Both the position numbers and the translations under genes were made by a program. A stretch of 64,000 bases of DNA, taken from assembly GCA_011109175.1 (NCBI GenBank), contig RDEW01000014.1, positions 992,001-1,056,000 on the forward strand, written 5' to 3'. Below the pieces are notes generated by a model that was given only the letters and a program-made list of their open reading frames with translations, was not told where the DNA came from and did not search any database. The DNA comes from Dicyema japonicum. Lineage: Eukaryota > Animalia > Dicyemida. This document shows, one piece after another, positions 24,801-37,559 of the stretch. Position 1 is the first letter of the stretch. Every line of letters starts with the position of its first letter.

Positions 24801-27228
24801 ATGTCGTCGAAACGATGTAAGTTTTACAGGTCTGTCCTTGAATTGTGATTTGTAGGGCAGAACATGTCGAGTTACTATCAATTCAGATTAACTTGCATGA
24901 AAAATGCAAATATGCTGAGTCTGATTCAAAATTTATCCTGATGACGCGGAAATTTTTGGTTTGTTCGATTCCATTTATTTTCTGTAGTTTAGACCATATG
25001 ATGGCTTCATTAAAAGAATCAGAACTGAAAAATGGCTCGATAAGTACCACGAATCCGGGGAAGCTCTCTTGCATATTTATTTTTATTTGTACAATTTTTG
25101 CAAGAGCAGAGTGGTCTATAGAATTTTGGACCAATTTGACAATTTTGACACCATAAAATCACTTTTTGTCTGTTTGAGGAGTCGTGCTCCTCCTCTCATC
25201 AAACTGATCGTTTTGTCCCTAATTAACTGTTGCTCTCTCAACACATATCTTACAGAAAATTATCAAGACTTGGAAATCATAAAGTTGTTATGCTCAAATT
25301 TTGCACTCTACAGCAGTGCTGACACTAATTTTACAATTAAATTGTGTGGAAAGACTACTTGGCACGTGTCCTGCCTCAAGAAGATAAGTTCTAAAGACCT
25401 TTCTGTCCCCTCACGTTGTTGCAGTTCTGAGTCATACGAGGACATCAATTGTAGTGACATCCAAACAAAATTTACTTTTTTCTGTTTGTCAATATTCACC
25501 AGACTCATCACGGAAGGGTTTTCCTTTCAACTGCTGCATGGAAATTCCTTGTATTGTAAGTTCATGGATTGTTTTGGGCGATTTTCGAAGGATGTGGACT
25601 ATTTATGTGCTCAGGCTTTTTTGACATTCGCTGTCTTCCCTACTGACCACTTCAAAGTAATCGTTTCTAATATGTGAAGGTCGAATTCCTTGTTAAACAG
25701 TTGGTTAAACATTTAATGGACAGAGTTTGCGATTTTTCTCCCCTTTTCATTACCGTTCAGTCTTTGATGACGATTCTTATTTTAAAGGACAAATATAGCG
25801 ACACTGACGTTGATCAAATAAAGTTATCAGAATCGATTAAAAAAGTGGTCCTGAATTCATCCTCCAATGGACTGATTACTCACGATGGGTTGCTTCCACC
25901 GGATAGTCTAATAAGCCAGTTAACTGACATTTATGAAATTCGACTTCATGACAGTTCTTATGCTATCATCTCATTTTACTTGAATTCCATCTTCTACTAC
26001 AAAATCTCAAAGGGAGAAGTCAAGGTTTTAACAATTTGATAAGTTTTATTCAGGATGTTGCCACTGAGTACTCTCTTTTGCTGCGAAAAGCTGTTATTAT
26101 AGGCTGCAACTCAGTAAAGTCTCTTTCTGTTGAAATTTTGAAACATCTCGACATTTCTTGTCCTCCATTCTTCCTCAATCACTCTGTCAATAAATGGAAA
26201 CCACGTGACTTGAAAGTTTGGTTTGATTGTATTGGTATGCTTTCAACTCTAATATATAGGCGTTGGCTGCACTTCTCACTATTTTTGGAATACATATCTT
26301 TACCCGGGGGAGATTATTATCAATAGTGAAATTTCAGATATTGTGAAGGCCTTTAACATTGATATCTCTCAAATTGGTCAACTCATGTACTTGAGTCAAA
26401 TTATTTTAGATTTCAAAGAGAGCTGGATTATTTGAAGACGTGGAATGACTACTCGGTGTCCAATTCTCAGTATATCGACAATTGCGTGGAAGGAGCTCCT
26501 ACCGATCTGAAGAACTTATCCTCTAACATTGACGGTGGGTATGAAACTTTTGATAAAAAATGTTCCTCCGATCGTCATCTTATGCACAATGCAGTAATCG
26601 GTCTCGACTATCTTTTTTACTTTTTTGTAGAATCCAGGAGTATGTCGAACAACAGCATGACACCTTGCAGTATTACGAGTCCGATATATTTGAAATATTT
26701 CGATGTTTTTGTCTCCTATCGAAGGGATTTTGGTTCTCATTTAGCGAGGTTGCCTTTCAAACCTTATTTAATAGTTTGCTGCAATATGTTTTACAGTCAC
26801 GTGGCTTTAGTGTTTTTCTTGATGTAAAAACGCTAAATTCCGGATGCTTTAGTTCAAAAATTGTCGAGTCCATAGCTAACAGCTACAATGTTGTGGTAAT
26901 TCTATCTAAGGGAGCACTAAATCGATCCCTCGAGGATAATATCGACTACTTCCACATGGTATTTGTTCCATATTATTTGTAGGAGATTGAAACAGCCATA
27001 AAAGAGGGGATCAACGTTATTCCGGTATTTTACAACTTTGAAAAACCGAATGTTGATTTTTTGCCTGAAGTATTGGAAAAATTCTTACGGATGAACGGGA
27101 TTACATGGTCTCACGAGTACCAGGATGCAACTATTGAGAAGCTTATTTCATTCCTTCGTCCTTATTGTCGTGGTCTCAGTCGATCTTTCTCAAGCGGTTC
27201 CGGTGGACCGTATCTTACTAGGGATTGA
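24801..27228 (+). CDS. SARM1: SARM1/TIR-1-like NAD+ hydrolase (ARM-like, SAM, TIR), multi-exon; start uncertain
   Basis: GT-AG introns at 24959-24987, 25657-25679, 26025-26053, 26235-26259, 26387-26409, 26749-26774, 26959-26982. Splicing gives SAM (VNKWKPRDLKVWFDCIG..FQRELDYLKTWNDYS) and TIR (FDVFVSYRRDFGSHLASLLQ..GFSVFLDV..DYFHMEIETA..NGITWSHEYQDATIEKLISFL); TGA at 27226-27228. Confidence 0.9.
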
Positions 27229-27372
27229 TTTTTTACTGAACATATAAATATGATTTATCATAATAGTTTTTCATTTTGTTCTTGTTAAAATATATGTTGA
27301 ATTAATTTGCATTAACTTAATTCCTTTTATGCTTGGTGTGACTATTTTTGTCGATGTAAAATTTAATCAAAG

Positions 27373-27428
27373 CTGTTAGTTCTATGAATTCCAGTTACTA
27401 GCCTGTTAGTTCTAGGAATTCCAGTTAC
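27373..27428. repeat. Tandem duplication, ~30-bp unit x2
   Basis: CTGTTAGTTCTA(T/G)GAATTCCAGTTAC repeated. Confidence 0.85.
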
Positions 27429-27989
27429 CCAGGTATATATCGTTCGGTTACCCCACTTGGTTTCATAATGGATGAAGGCCATTTTCTTTATGTGAACATG
27501 GGGACACTTAAGAGTGTTGGAAATTCGAATTTCTAAAAAAATGAATTCTCAAATACACATACGATCAGGATTTGAATCTTAAAAATTGAAAGAACTTGTG
27601 AGATTATCTGTCAGAAGCTCATGATTAATATGATTTTTTGCTAATAATAATCAATAGATTGGAATTAGTTAATTCATCACTTTCATGTCATTGTTAGTCA
27701 AATTTTGACATTAAGTATCAAACCGTGCCAAAATTTGACATTATGTCCTTGTTAAACTTTGTCATCCCAAAAGTATTTTAGCATCTTTAATTTTCATTTA
27801 AAATCTTGCCATTATATCATCAAACAGTAACTGAAATTAAATTCACAATGATAGATTAACTTTTTGACATTATTCTTTGATGTTAAAGAGAAAATCCATA
27901 CAATTTAAACTCAGTTTTTAGGGAAGGTTTGACTAATATCCTACTTAAATATCTGAATTTGAGAAGGTTAATTCTCTCGAAAATTAAAG

Positions 27990-28210
27990 ATTTAAATAGA
28001 ACATCTCCACCAAATCGTGTGATGGAGGAATATTTCATGGAACAAACGAGATTATTCCGAGGAACGCCCAGGACAACTATACCATCTGTGTTAAATGAAG
28101 ACTTAAAAGGCGTCAGTAGAAAACTAAAAACGGCCGACGATTTCGATGAGCTAAGAGAACTTGCGAAAAAGAGTGAACCATGGATGAGCTGCTACAAAGG
28201 GTGGCCGGTG
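27990..28210 (+). mobile_element. RTE 3' fragment
   Basis: PPNRVMEEYF..FRGTPRTTIPSVLNEDL, homologous to the end of the 21944 ORF. Confidence 0.75.
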
Positions 28211-28679
28211 CGGAACAAGGGAACCTTAATTTTATATGTTCTCGCAGGTCCCGATAAAGATATAATAAAACATCTGCATCTACTAATGATCCAGGTCTTG
28301 GGAGAAGAGATTTCCGCCTCTGTATAATGTTTTAAGGCATAAGAAGCATTAGATTATTATAGATTTGTTTAAGATACGTGTAACGAGAGATTTACATTGT
28401 AATGGGACCGAAATTAAGTCTCGCTAAAAATATATGTGAGCTTCTGCTACACTTGGAATTTTTATGCAGTAAAAGAACAAAAGACTGGTGTAGAAAATCG
28501 AAAATTAATGTTAAGGAAATTTTGATTTTAAAGATGGTATAATTTGAAAACTGCTGTTGACAGACACCTTTTCCCAGTCATAATTATCAGATTCCACGTT
28601 GAAAGCTGGGAAAGCAGCATGAGCATTCGAGAACTCTAAAATAAAAAATACGACATCTTTTCCATCAGATTCCGTATGC

Positions 28680-29205
28680 AGCAAGATCTACTGTTTTGGC
28701 CTACACCCTCTCTCCTGTAGGAAGAGTGCAGGCAGATTTCCCAGGCACATGGCCTTGAACGAAGTCGTTAGTCGTTACGCCGCCGGACACCCCTCCATGC
28801 TCGAACCAGTCGTTCTTTGCAGGCGGGACGGGAAACGACCAGATGGGATGACAATCTCCCTTTTGAAGCCGGGAAACCTCTTGTCTGGGACGTTGCCTGC
28901 ACCGATACATTTGCCTCTTGCAACCTACTCCAGAGTGCCTCTGGAGCCTGTTCTGCCGCTGAGAAGGCAGAGAAGATGAAACAGGAAAATTACGCGGTCC
29001 TACCCAAGGATTTTTTGTTTGTTCCACTCGTCGTTGAGACGTCTGGTTCCCTTGCGCCTGCGACGCTGGGATTTTTAAATCGCCTAGGAAATCGGATCGC
29101 TACATGAACAGGAGACCCTCGTGAGCACTGCTGGTTATTTGAGCGAATCTCGCTCGCCATCCTGAGAGGAAATACCCACGAAGTCAAGACAGCCGCCATA
29201 TAACC
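28680..29205 (+). mobile_element. CRE-like 3' fragment (RLE)
   Basis: [40 protein letters not shown]. Confidence 0.88.
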
Positions 29206-29284
29206 GTTTACTCTTTTTTCTCTCTAAGTGTTAAAAAAAACTGTTAACTAAGATAAATTATTATTAAAAAGCATTCCCGAGAAA

Positions 29285-30240
29285 ACATAAAAGTGATCTG
29301 CTCTATCGACATACATAAGGCTTTTGACTCAGTCTCGAGGAAGATTCTATCGAGAAAAATATTTCAATCGGAGATCCCTGAGAAGCTAAAGCTTTGGATT
29401 ATTAACTTAAATGGACGAAGGGGACGTGTTTGCCTCAGAAGTCTGAAATCAATCTCACGGCTCCTCCCAAACGGAGTCCCTCAAAAATCGCCTTTATCCC
29501 CTGTTCTGTTTAACTTCTTTCTGGCTGATATCCCGAATCTTGAATCTGATAATGATGTTCTACTTTCCTATCGGATGATATTGTGTTGGCTTCGCGAGAT
29601 CAGGACATCCAGAGGGCCACAGAAAAATACAAATTAACCTGGACAAGCTTAATTCTTGGATAATGGAAAACCGGCTCGTGGTGAATGCAGAGAAGTCGTC
29701 TACGTCACTATTTACCTCAGACAAAAGATTGGGAAGGAAACAGTCACCTTGCAGTTAAACAAAGTCGGCATCCCTTTCCACAGATGTCAAAGGATCTTGG
29801 GTGTGACAATTGATATGCATCTCTGTTTAACACCTCACGTAGAAAACATTGTATTGAAATGCGAGAAAAACTGAACGTATTGAAAAGTTTATCGGGAATA
29901 TGGAAGAGTGGTACTCACCCAGTCTTGATGAACGTATACAAACAATACATCGAGCCATGTTTTTCATATGCATGAGCCTCGTGGGACCGTCCATATATTG
30001 GACAAATATGAGGAAAATTGAGGAAATGCAAAAGAGGCTTACAGAGTAACGGAGCGTTGGATTTGTGAAGATCATCGACCCAGACCTACGCCTCTGGAGG
30101 GCTCTATGAGACTAGACTCCAGATCACGGGAAGTTGGCCCTGAAAATTCAGGCCGTCCTGTACGTTCATGCGCGGGCACAAAGGAAGAACAACGGGCAAA
30201 GTAGAGGTCTCTGTTAGAATGCATCGATCACGTGATAATT
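29285..30240 (+). mobile_element. Ingi/Vingi-like RT fragment
   Basis: SIDIHKAFDSV, NGVPQ.SPLSPVLFN, ILGVTID. Confidence 0.8.
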
Positions 30241-30289
30241 AGTTTTGTTTTACCGTGGTCTTGGGTTAAATAAATAAAAAAATAAAACT

Positions 30290-30720
30290 AGCTAAGTTTC
30301 CCTTGTGCCGTATTTCGAACCATCCTCTCCATTAGCTTCGACCATGATCTTCTGTTGCGCACTAGTTCTCTTAGGTAGTTAGGTCGTCCGCCATATCCAT
30401 TATAATATCAGATGCTGTCTACACCCTTGTAACGTAGTGAATCAGGCCCTGATGGACTGCAAATCCGAGACCATAATGTCGGCAGGCCGACGGAAGGATA
30501 AAAAGGTGAAATTTTCCAAACAGTTCTGTACATTGTACGGTCGTTTTTGTCTCTTGTAGACAGCAGACAGAGACGTCATATTTAGTTAGATCGCATACCA
30601 GTTGGTGTTTCTTGTAAGGTTGATCAAGTCATCTGCAATTGAAAGATCCCAGAGTGAATGGAGAAGTCGGTAAGGAATAGAAATAAGACATAGTGCAATA
30701 GGGTGTCATCACCACCTCAA
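30290..30720 (-). mobile_element. LINE APE fragment
   Basis: Decayed PD.TL / DH remnants similar to other APE copies. Confidence 0.45.
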
Positions 30721-30842
30721 CTTATACGTTAAGATATAAAAAGTTCGAAAATATAGAAAATTGAATCTTTTGAAAAAAATTAAGGTAGACTGGCCATCCT
30801 TAAGAGTTTTCGTTGTTTCGAAGATTTTTAATAGTCCGGATC

Positions 30843-30912
30843 TTGTGTTCTGGTCAAATTCAATTAACTAACAGTTTTTGTGTTCTGGTCAAATTCAATT
30901 AACTAACAGTTT
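30843..30912. repeat. Perfect tandem duplication, 35 bp x2
   Basis: TTGTGTTCTGGTCAAATTCAATTAACTAACAGTTT twice. Confidence 0.95.
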
Positions 30913-31599
30913 CAGAGAGTTTTCAAGACGAAAGAGCATATTACAAGACTAAGGAACATAGGAATCTTTCCAAGGCGAAGAAACATATTACAAGTCGAAT
31001 GAACATATTCTAAAAAAATGAAGGAACCTATTGAAATGTGTAGTAACCCAAAGGGTCGAAATCTCTCGATATTTTGCAAGTTGGACCTTGTACCCACACC
31101 AATTGATCCCTACATCAGAATTGCGGTCTACAAAACTTTGTTACCCACACCAATTGATCCCAACAGGACTGGGAATACTGTGGAAAAATATACTGGGGAA
31201 TAGATAGATTAGGTGAGAACTAACTGAAGATGGACTTACTTTGTACCTACTATGTTTTGGATATAAGGGCGTTTATTAATGAAGATGATGGGGCACTTGC
31301 AAAGTGTCCATACTAAGTAACCTGGCCCTACATACCAATTGGGGTCTACAAGAAGTTGTCACCCGAATCATTGGTTCCTACAAGCGGATGGGACTACTTG
31401 GGAAAGCATGAGGAGGAAGGGACCTGTGGAATAACAACTGGAGAAAAACCAAATAGCTTTGGACTAGCTTAGAAGTGTCCAGCCGCGTAAGCGGACTAGT
31501 TAAGAACCCCTAGATCTAACTCCTAATTCCTGTTTCTAATAAAATTCTATGTTCTTTCTTATCAAATGATCTTTATTGCTGCCTCCTGTACTGAAGAGG

Positions 31600-32050
31600 T
31601 GAGAAGCGAGAAATCGACATTGCCCACGATGAACTTTCATGAATCATGAATTGTTCATAAACTGTGACAAGGCTCCCAGATTTTTCCTTATGTGCTTTTG
31701 AAAGCATTTTTCTTTGAGCAAAAGTTACCTCGACATGTCAGATAAAGAGAGCCCTTGGTCGAGGTGACTTCAAGGATGGTTGGTATACTGTTGTTGGTAT
31801 CATATAGTTGTTGAGTAGGATATTTGGTTGGATATGGAAGTGTCTTGAACGTTGTGAAAAAGTGTCCTGAACGATTTAGACGGGGGATACATCCAGCCGT
31901 AATCGAACAAGTCAAGGCTGGTGTAATGTCTCGCAAAACTTTAGTGGAAACTTGATAGTATTGATATCTGACAGTAAAGACAATATCGTCGGCGTATAAT
32001 GGAAGAAGACAATCCTCTTTTAATATGATGGGCATGTCATTTATGTACAG
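31600..32050 (-). mobile_element. Vingi-like RT fragment
   Basis: YINDMP..DCLL.LYADDIVF, similar to 11383-11682. Confidence 0.7.
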
Positions 32051-32699
32051 AGAACCATTCAGAAATAGTTAAAGCCAATTAAACCTAATTAAAAATTAAC
32101 TATTAATTAGGATTTTAAAATCTTGATTTCTATGTATTATTAAACAGGCGAACACCGCCCTTGACATCTTAAACATTGATTGACTATTACTGGGTCGACA
32201 TCGAAAGGGACAAACTGGGAAGGTTAGCATACTTCCGTCACTTCAATGTTTCGGTCTTCAAACCGGTGAAAGGGTATTGGCACCATTCAGAAAAGTTGGC
32301 CGAAGTGAAAGTATCTGTACTAAGAGCTCCCCAGCCACGAACGGAAAATGGTCATTCCATCCAGTTGTGTTCCATCATTCTTACGCATACCAACGAGTTT
32401 GAGCACAAAAAAAGACAACCTACTAACCTCGTCTAGCGATTTCATTTAAGGCTTTATGCCTGTGGCCTTGCCGGTAATCCTTCTCCAAGCGATTCGATAT
32501 AATTTAAAACCGTCAATCCCCTCACCGCATCGAATTAAAAAAAATAATTTAACTTTTGCTTCATCTATTATAACTTATTCGTTTCTAAGAAAATAAAAAA
32601 AGTTGAAATCAAAAAATTAGAAAATCATGTTACTACCAAATAGTTTAGTCTTCCACGTAATCAACTGTTTGTTAAATCATCAAATTCTACCTTCAGACT

Positions 32700-33260
32700 A
32701 TTCACCTCAGATCGTCGTTATAAGGATGCCCCGAGATCCGCCTGGGATATGTCCCTATTCCGCTTCAAAGAATCTCAAAATTTTTGGTGTGACTTACAAC
32801 TCATTTATGACCTTCACAAGGAATGCAGAACAATTCCTAACAAAAAAACTTCAGAAGTTGAATGTCCTCAAGGCAATTGTTGGTAAAAGTCAATACCCGG
32901 TAGAAAACTGGATACACAAATTATACCGACAAATTATTGTGCCTTTATGAAATATCCTTGTTTCTCATAGATGTAAGTACTAACTTCGTTGTCATTGGAT
33001 AAAATCAGCTCTTTATACGAAAAGACTCTGCATTTTTAACAAAAACGAACAGACCCTACCCTTGACAGTTCTATCAAGACCAAATGAATCCAGGATGTTT
33101 ATCTGTATTACGATATAAAAAAACGGTCCTTAGACATCTATCCCCCATTGACTTCCTGTGTAAATAGAAGCGAAGACACTTCCAGGAAACGTTGGGGTTC
33201 CTCGATGAGCACAGGATGAAAATGACAAAGATGATAAGTGGAACCAATCCAATTAGTTCG
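32700..33260 (+). mobile_element. LINE RT C-terminal fragment
   Basis: KIFGVTYNSFMTF..KLNVLKAI..LYRQII.P. Confidence 0.6.
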
Positions 33261-33659
33261 GTTACATTTAATTTTTTTCTCAATGTTTCCTGTGGTTATG
33301 TAAATATAATAAATCGTTTGCATGATATGGAACGAGCACCAAGCTGTCTTTTCCAGATTTCTTAGTTTAGATGTAGAACCTAAGCGTGGTCAAAAGTCAA
33401 CCCATCATATTCTAGCTGAGCATCAACAGATCTCCACAAAAATTATTGACTTAGAAAAAAATTATTGAGATTATTCAGATTCAATAAACGAAGTTTACAT
33501 CAAAATCTAGGACTTCACGTTCAGGAGCTACTTAGTTATCCGTTCTGAAGCGTTTCTGGCATGGCTGATTGATTACTCATAGTTGTAGATGAATCAATTT
33601 TTCATCAGTCTATTATTTGTACCCTCCACACATGAAATTGTGTTCATGAAGTAAAAGGA

Positions 33660-35322
33660 CCTGTTTTAATTTAATTTATTAACTCCGAAATCACGAGAAA
33701 GAGGATAAGAGTTATTGTCTAATTCAGTAGGAGGACGGGAAGTTTGGTGGGTTTTTTCTTAAGGGTAGGGTGTATCAGTGATTTTGACGGAATCTTGTTC
33801 TTGTTTATTGAGAGATTAAAAATTTGTGTTATTGCGGCCATCGCGGAAGGACCAAGGTGTTTCAGTTCGAGAACGGAGATGTCGTCTGAACCGCAGGACG
33901 ACGAGTTGTTCGTTTTTCTAATTACCGTATGCACCATTGATGGGTCGAAGAAAGTCATGTTGGGACATTTATTTCTTTAACCATGCCTGGACGAACATCC
34001 AGGTCTTTTGAATATGGTTTATGACTAATATTACATAGTACTTCATAATTTCATTGGGATATGGACATGCTATCAATGTCCAATTAAACTTGGAGAGCAC
34101 TTCTCGAGCCTCCTTATCATTTTCATAACGGAGGAAGTATTATTCGTAGTTTTTCTGAGCACGGCCTCCCAACGTTCATTGCTGTGCTTTGTGATGTTCC
34201 GCGTGATTTCTTTATTCAGTTTTGATATCCTTTCAGTTACTTCCACTCATTGTCTTTCGAAATTCTTCAGCTTATATCTCGTTGGATTAGATCTCGCGTT
34301 TCAGCATCAATTAGATGTGATGGACGTTGAGGACGACCCATCGGAATGTATCTTTTGCGAGCTCGAAGTATAATCTCGTTGAGGTACTTGACAGCAGCGT
34401 CGATAGATCCGAAGTTATCTATCCGGAAGACCTGAAAGTGTAGTTCGATAAAATATGTGAAGGCGGGCCATATTGCTTTTGAGAAATTAACATTGGTTCT
34501 CGGAGTGTTCATTAACTTATGTTTTTGTGGGATCTTCATAAAGATCGGGTTATGGTCAGTAAGTCGTATATAACATCCCATGAAATGACAGCCGCAAGAG
34601 AAGGAACAGCAAAAGAAATGTCGGGTGTAGTAGGGGAGTCGCCTCGACGGGAAGGGTCCTTGTGTGTTTGCTTGGATTATTGAGAATGATCAGGTCGTCA
34701 AAACTGTCGGATATGAAAACTCTCCTTTGATCCAATTGTTGGCCAGCATTGAGAACTCTTCGCGTTTAGGTCACCGCCAATTTGCATGTTTTAAAACCTG
34801 GTGAATCGCTTGAGTTCGGGATGGTAACCGCTGGGGTATGTACATATTGACAACTGTCAATCGGAGAGGGGGTAGGCAGATTCTCAGAGTTGTTGTTCCA
34901 GTGTATCGTCTTGACGGAAGGGGTCCGGGTTGTCGTCCGAAATATTTCTGGTCTTTATATACTTCCTGATTAATGTAACAAGACCTCTTCCCTTTCCATG
35001 ACCTCTGTCTCGCCTGAAAACGAAGTATACCGGAATGTTGGGGGCTGGCCGCCATGGATTAAGTTTTGTCTCTTGGAAAAAGATCTATGTCCGGGAAGTG
35101 TTTTACGAGAAAGCGTTGTAGTTCGGCAATTTTTGTTGGGATACTATTGATGTTAATTTGTTCTATGACTAAATCTGGTCCAGGATTTTTTTTGACGTTT
35201 CCATGTGAAAGGAGCAGGATCCGACACCATCCGAGCGTCTATGGTTGCGGAATAGGGAGTTTGCGACTTTTTCCCGACAATTCAATTGAGCGATGCCACT
35301 ACGTAGGTGAGTCACACGGCAT
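33660..35322 (-). mobile_element. Ingi/Vingi-like LINE 5' half with pseudoknot, 2A-like motif and APE
   Basis: MPCDSPT*WH..ILLLSHGNVKKNPGP|DLVIEQINI, VVNMYIP, TDHNPI, GSDDIS..LKHLG. Confidence 0.85.
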
Positions 35323-35349
35323 AAAAATTCAAAGATAATTTAATTGAAG

Positions 35350-36300
35350 ACCTGTTTACTACCGCCAACTAATAAATCCATTCTATCTCTTGTCAGAATA
35401 GCTATGCACCAAATCTCCAGTTTTGATATATCCAAAGCTTTCGACACTGTGTGGCATCTTGGAATTCTTATTTGTCTTGCGAAATGTGGTGTTGAAAGGG
35501 AACTTTATTTTTATATACGAAGTTTGCTCTCGGACAGACGGTCAATTGTTAATTTTTAAACTGAGTATCGTGAAATTTGGTTTAACTCAAAGGTGTGCCT
35601 CAGGGTTCAGTGCTCATTCCACTATTATTCAACATTGTAATTAGTGAGTTGCCTTGCTCAGAAAACCCACGTATAGAAATCTTGATATACGCAGATGACG
35701 TCATAATTTATGATGTCTTTTTTAACCCTTTGGTATCTGAGAAACTATTGAAGGCATACATGGACTAGATCGAAAATTAATGTAATGAAAACTTTCTTTC
35801 AGTTGCACATGAGAAGTCTGATCTGGTGAGGATAACTGAATGCAGGAGGCTGGCTAACCTAAAAAACTCGTTGCAAGACGTATTTCGGAAGAAGACTATG
35901 AAATATCTTGGCCTCCTAATTGACGAAGGAGGTAATTTTCTGGAACATGCTAAAATACGATAGAAAAAAGCTACGAACGCTCTGTTCTCGGTTATAAAAT
36001 TAAAGCTCGAGCCGGAGAACACCGCAATATTACCTGCAATGTTATACGGTTTAGAAGGATGGTACGCCTCAAAAAAGAGAGACTCTATTCAAGAAATTTG
36101 AGAAAACGCGAAATTTTGCTCTAAAGTTTGCTTACGGATAAGTTCTCGTGTGCCAATTCCCCTATGGTCGGAAGGAAAAATGTACAAGGTTAGCGGAACT
36201 ATCGAAAATCTTATTCGAGGTTTCAAAAATCGCACTAAAGTATCTGGCACTTATCTTCAGAAATAACCCAGTGTTTTCGGATTTTTTGGGGAGACTGTCG
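35350..36300 (+). mobile_element. Jockey/I-group-like RT fragment
   Basis: FDISKAFDTVWH, GVPQGSVL.PLLFN, IYADDV, KYLGL.ID. Confidence 0.8.
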
Positions 36301-36479
36301 AGGTAGAAGTTGTTGGCATGCCCTACCGTTTCATATTACTTTCTCCATCACTTCATTTACAGTGTTTTTTTTCTTTATAATAACTTACTAACTAACTATA
36401 ATCCTCTTTTTGCAACTCAACATATTATTTTCTGAAAAAAACTGGCTATCTATCAACAAGGACTTCAATTTTTTCACGA

Positions 36480-37000
36480 CATTAAGGAGTTGGTAATTTT
36501 GAACAAGGGTACTCGTTGTTCCTCACATCGAATATAATCTGACACTTCCCCTGACATCTACTGATCTCCCAACTTAATTCTCGATATATACCGGAATATT
36601 TTACATTATTGCCATCAAAAAAAACCAATGAAAATGAAGAACTCAAAAACCTTGATTAACTATAAACAAAGTAAATGGGATTCCTATAAAACGAGACCGA
36701 TTCCTTACTTCTCACTCGCCATCTAGGTGTTTCACTATTTTGTCTACCAACTCACTAAGCTTGCCGACTCTTCTTATGCTGATGATATAATTTGATGGAT
36801 CCTTAACTTCTGCGGTTCGAAAATATTTTCTCATGGTTGGACTTCAATCTCCTCAATTCTTTCTCAACAAAGTCGTCTTTAACTCTCTTCACACGTAATC
36901 CGAACCAATTTAACAGAACCAACTCTGATCTTAAATAATACTCACACCTGTCGTCAAATATCCAAATATACTTAACTTAATCTTCGATACTTTTTTTAAG
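36480..37000 (+). mobile_element. Decayed LINE fragment
   Basis: SYADDII and SPDI remnants. Confidence 0.45.
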
Positions 37001-37314
37001 TCAAACATATAAAACAATAAACACAAATAAGGTTCCAACTGCCAAGTGAAAGTGAGCATTGTCGTGGACGATGACGATACTTGTCTATCGGGTAAGGAAC
37101 AACTCGCCTACAGGCCCCAGTTGTACCCGAATTCACACATAAAAAATAAAGACAACTTGTCTAAAAAATAGAGACATCTGGCCTACTGGGAAAAATAAGA
37201 ATTTTAAATCCGAAATATCACAAAAATTCTTTTAACCACCTAAACGCAAATCGTCTTATGTACATCCCTAACCGGTAGGGAGCAAATTCCTATACTTTGC
37301 TCCCATAGTCCTCG

Positions 37315-37553
37315 TAATAATAATAAAGCCTTTTCACGAGAGCCATAGTATTTATTGCTCCGTATAGGCAGAACACACACTTTATTTAAGTAAAGCACAG
37401 TTAATTTTAACTAATCGTAGATCCAAGGAACGATCTTCACGTCTTTTTTTCTTTTTTTGTGTGAGTGTCCTTTCTAGACAATCCAGTTCCGCAGTGAGTA
37501 TCCACTGATGACGGCGTCATCGTCAAACCCTTTCTGCGTCGTAGATGCGTGGA
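37315..37553 (-). mobile_element. Second, 5'-truncated copy of the SINE
   Basis: High identity to 1810-1960 including the (TTA)n tail; carries ~90 extra internal nt. Confidence 0.8.
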
Positions 37554-37559
37554 TTTTTG

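Noticed and set aside
31090-31400. CRISPR-like repeat-spacer pattern
   Set aside because: Only two good copies, irregular spacing, eukaryotic context, no cas genes.
37503-37530. CTGATGA..AAAC resembling a hammerhead ribozyme core
   Set aside because: No GAAA after stem II and no stems I/III; it is a simple hairpin within the SINE body.
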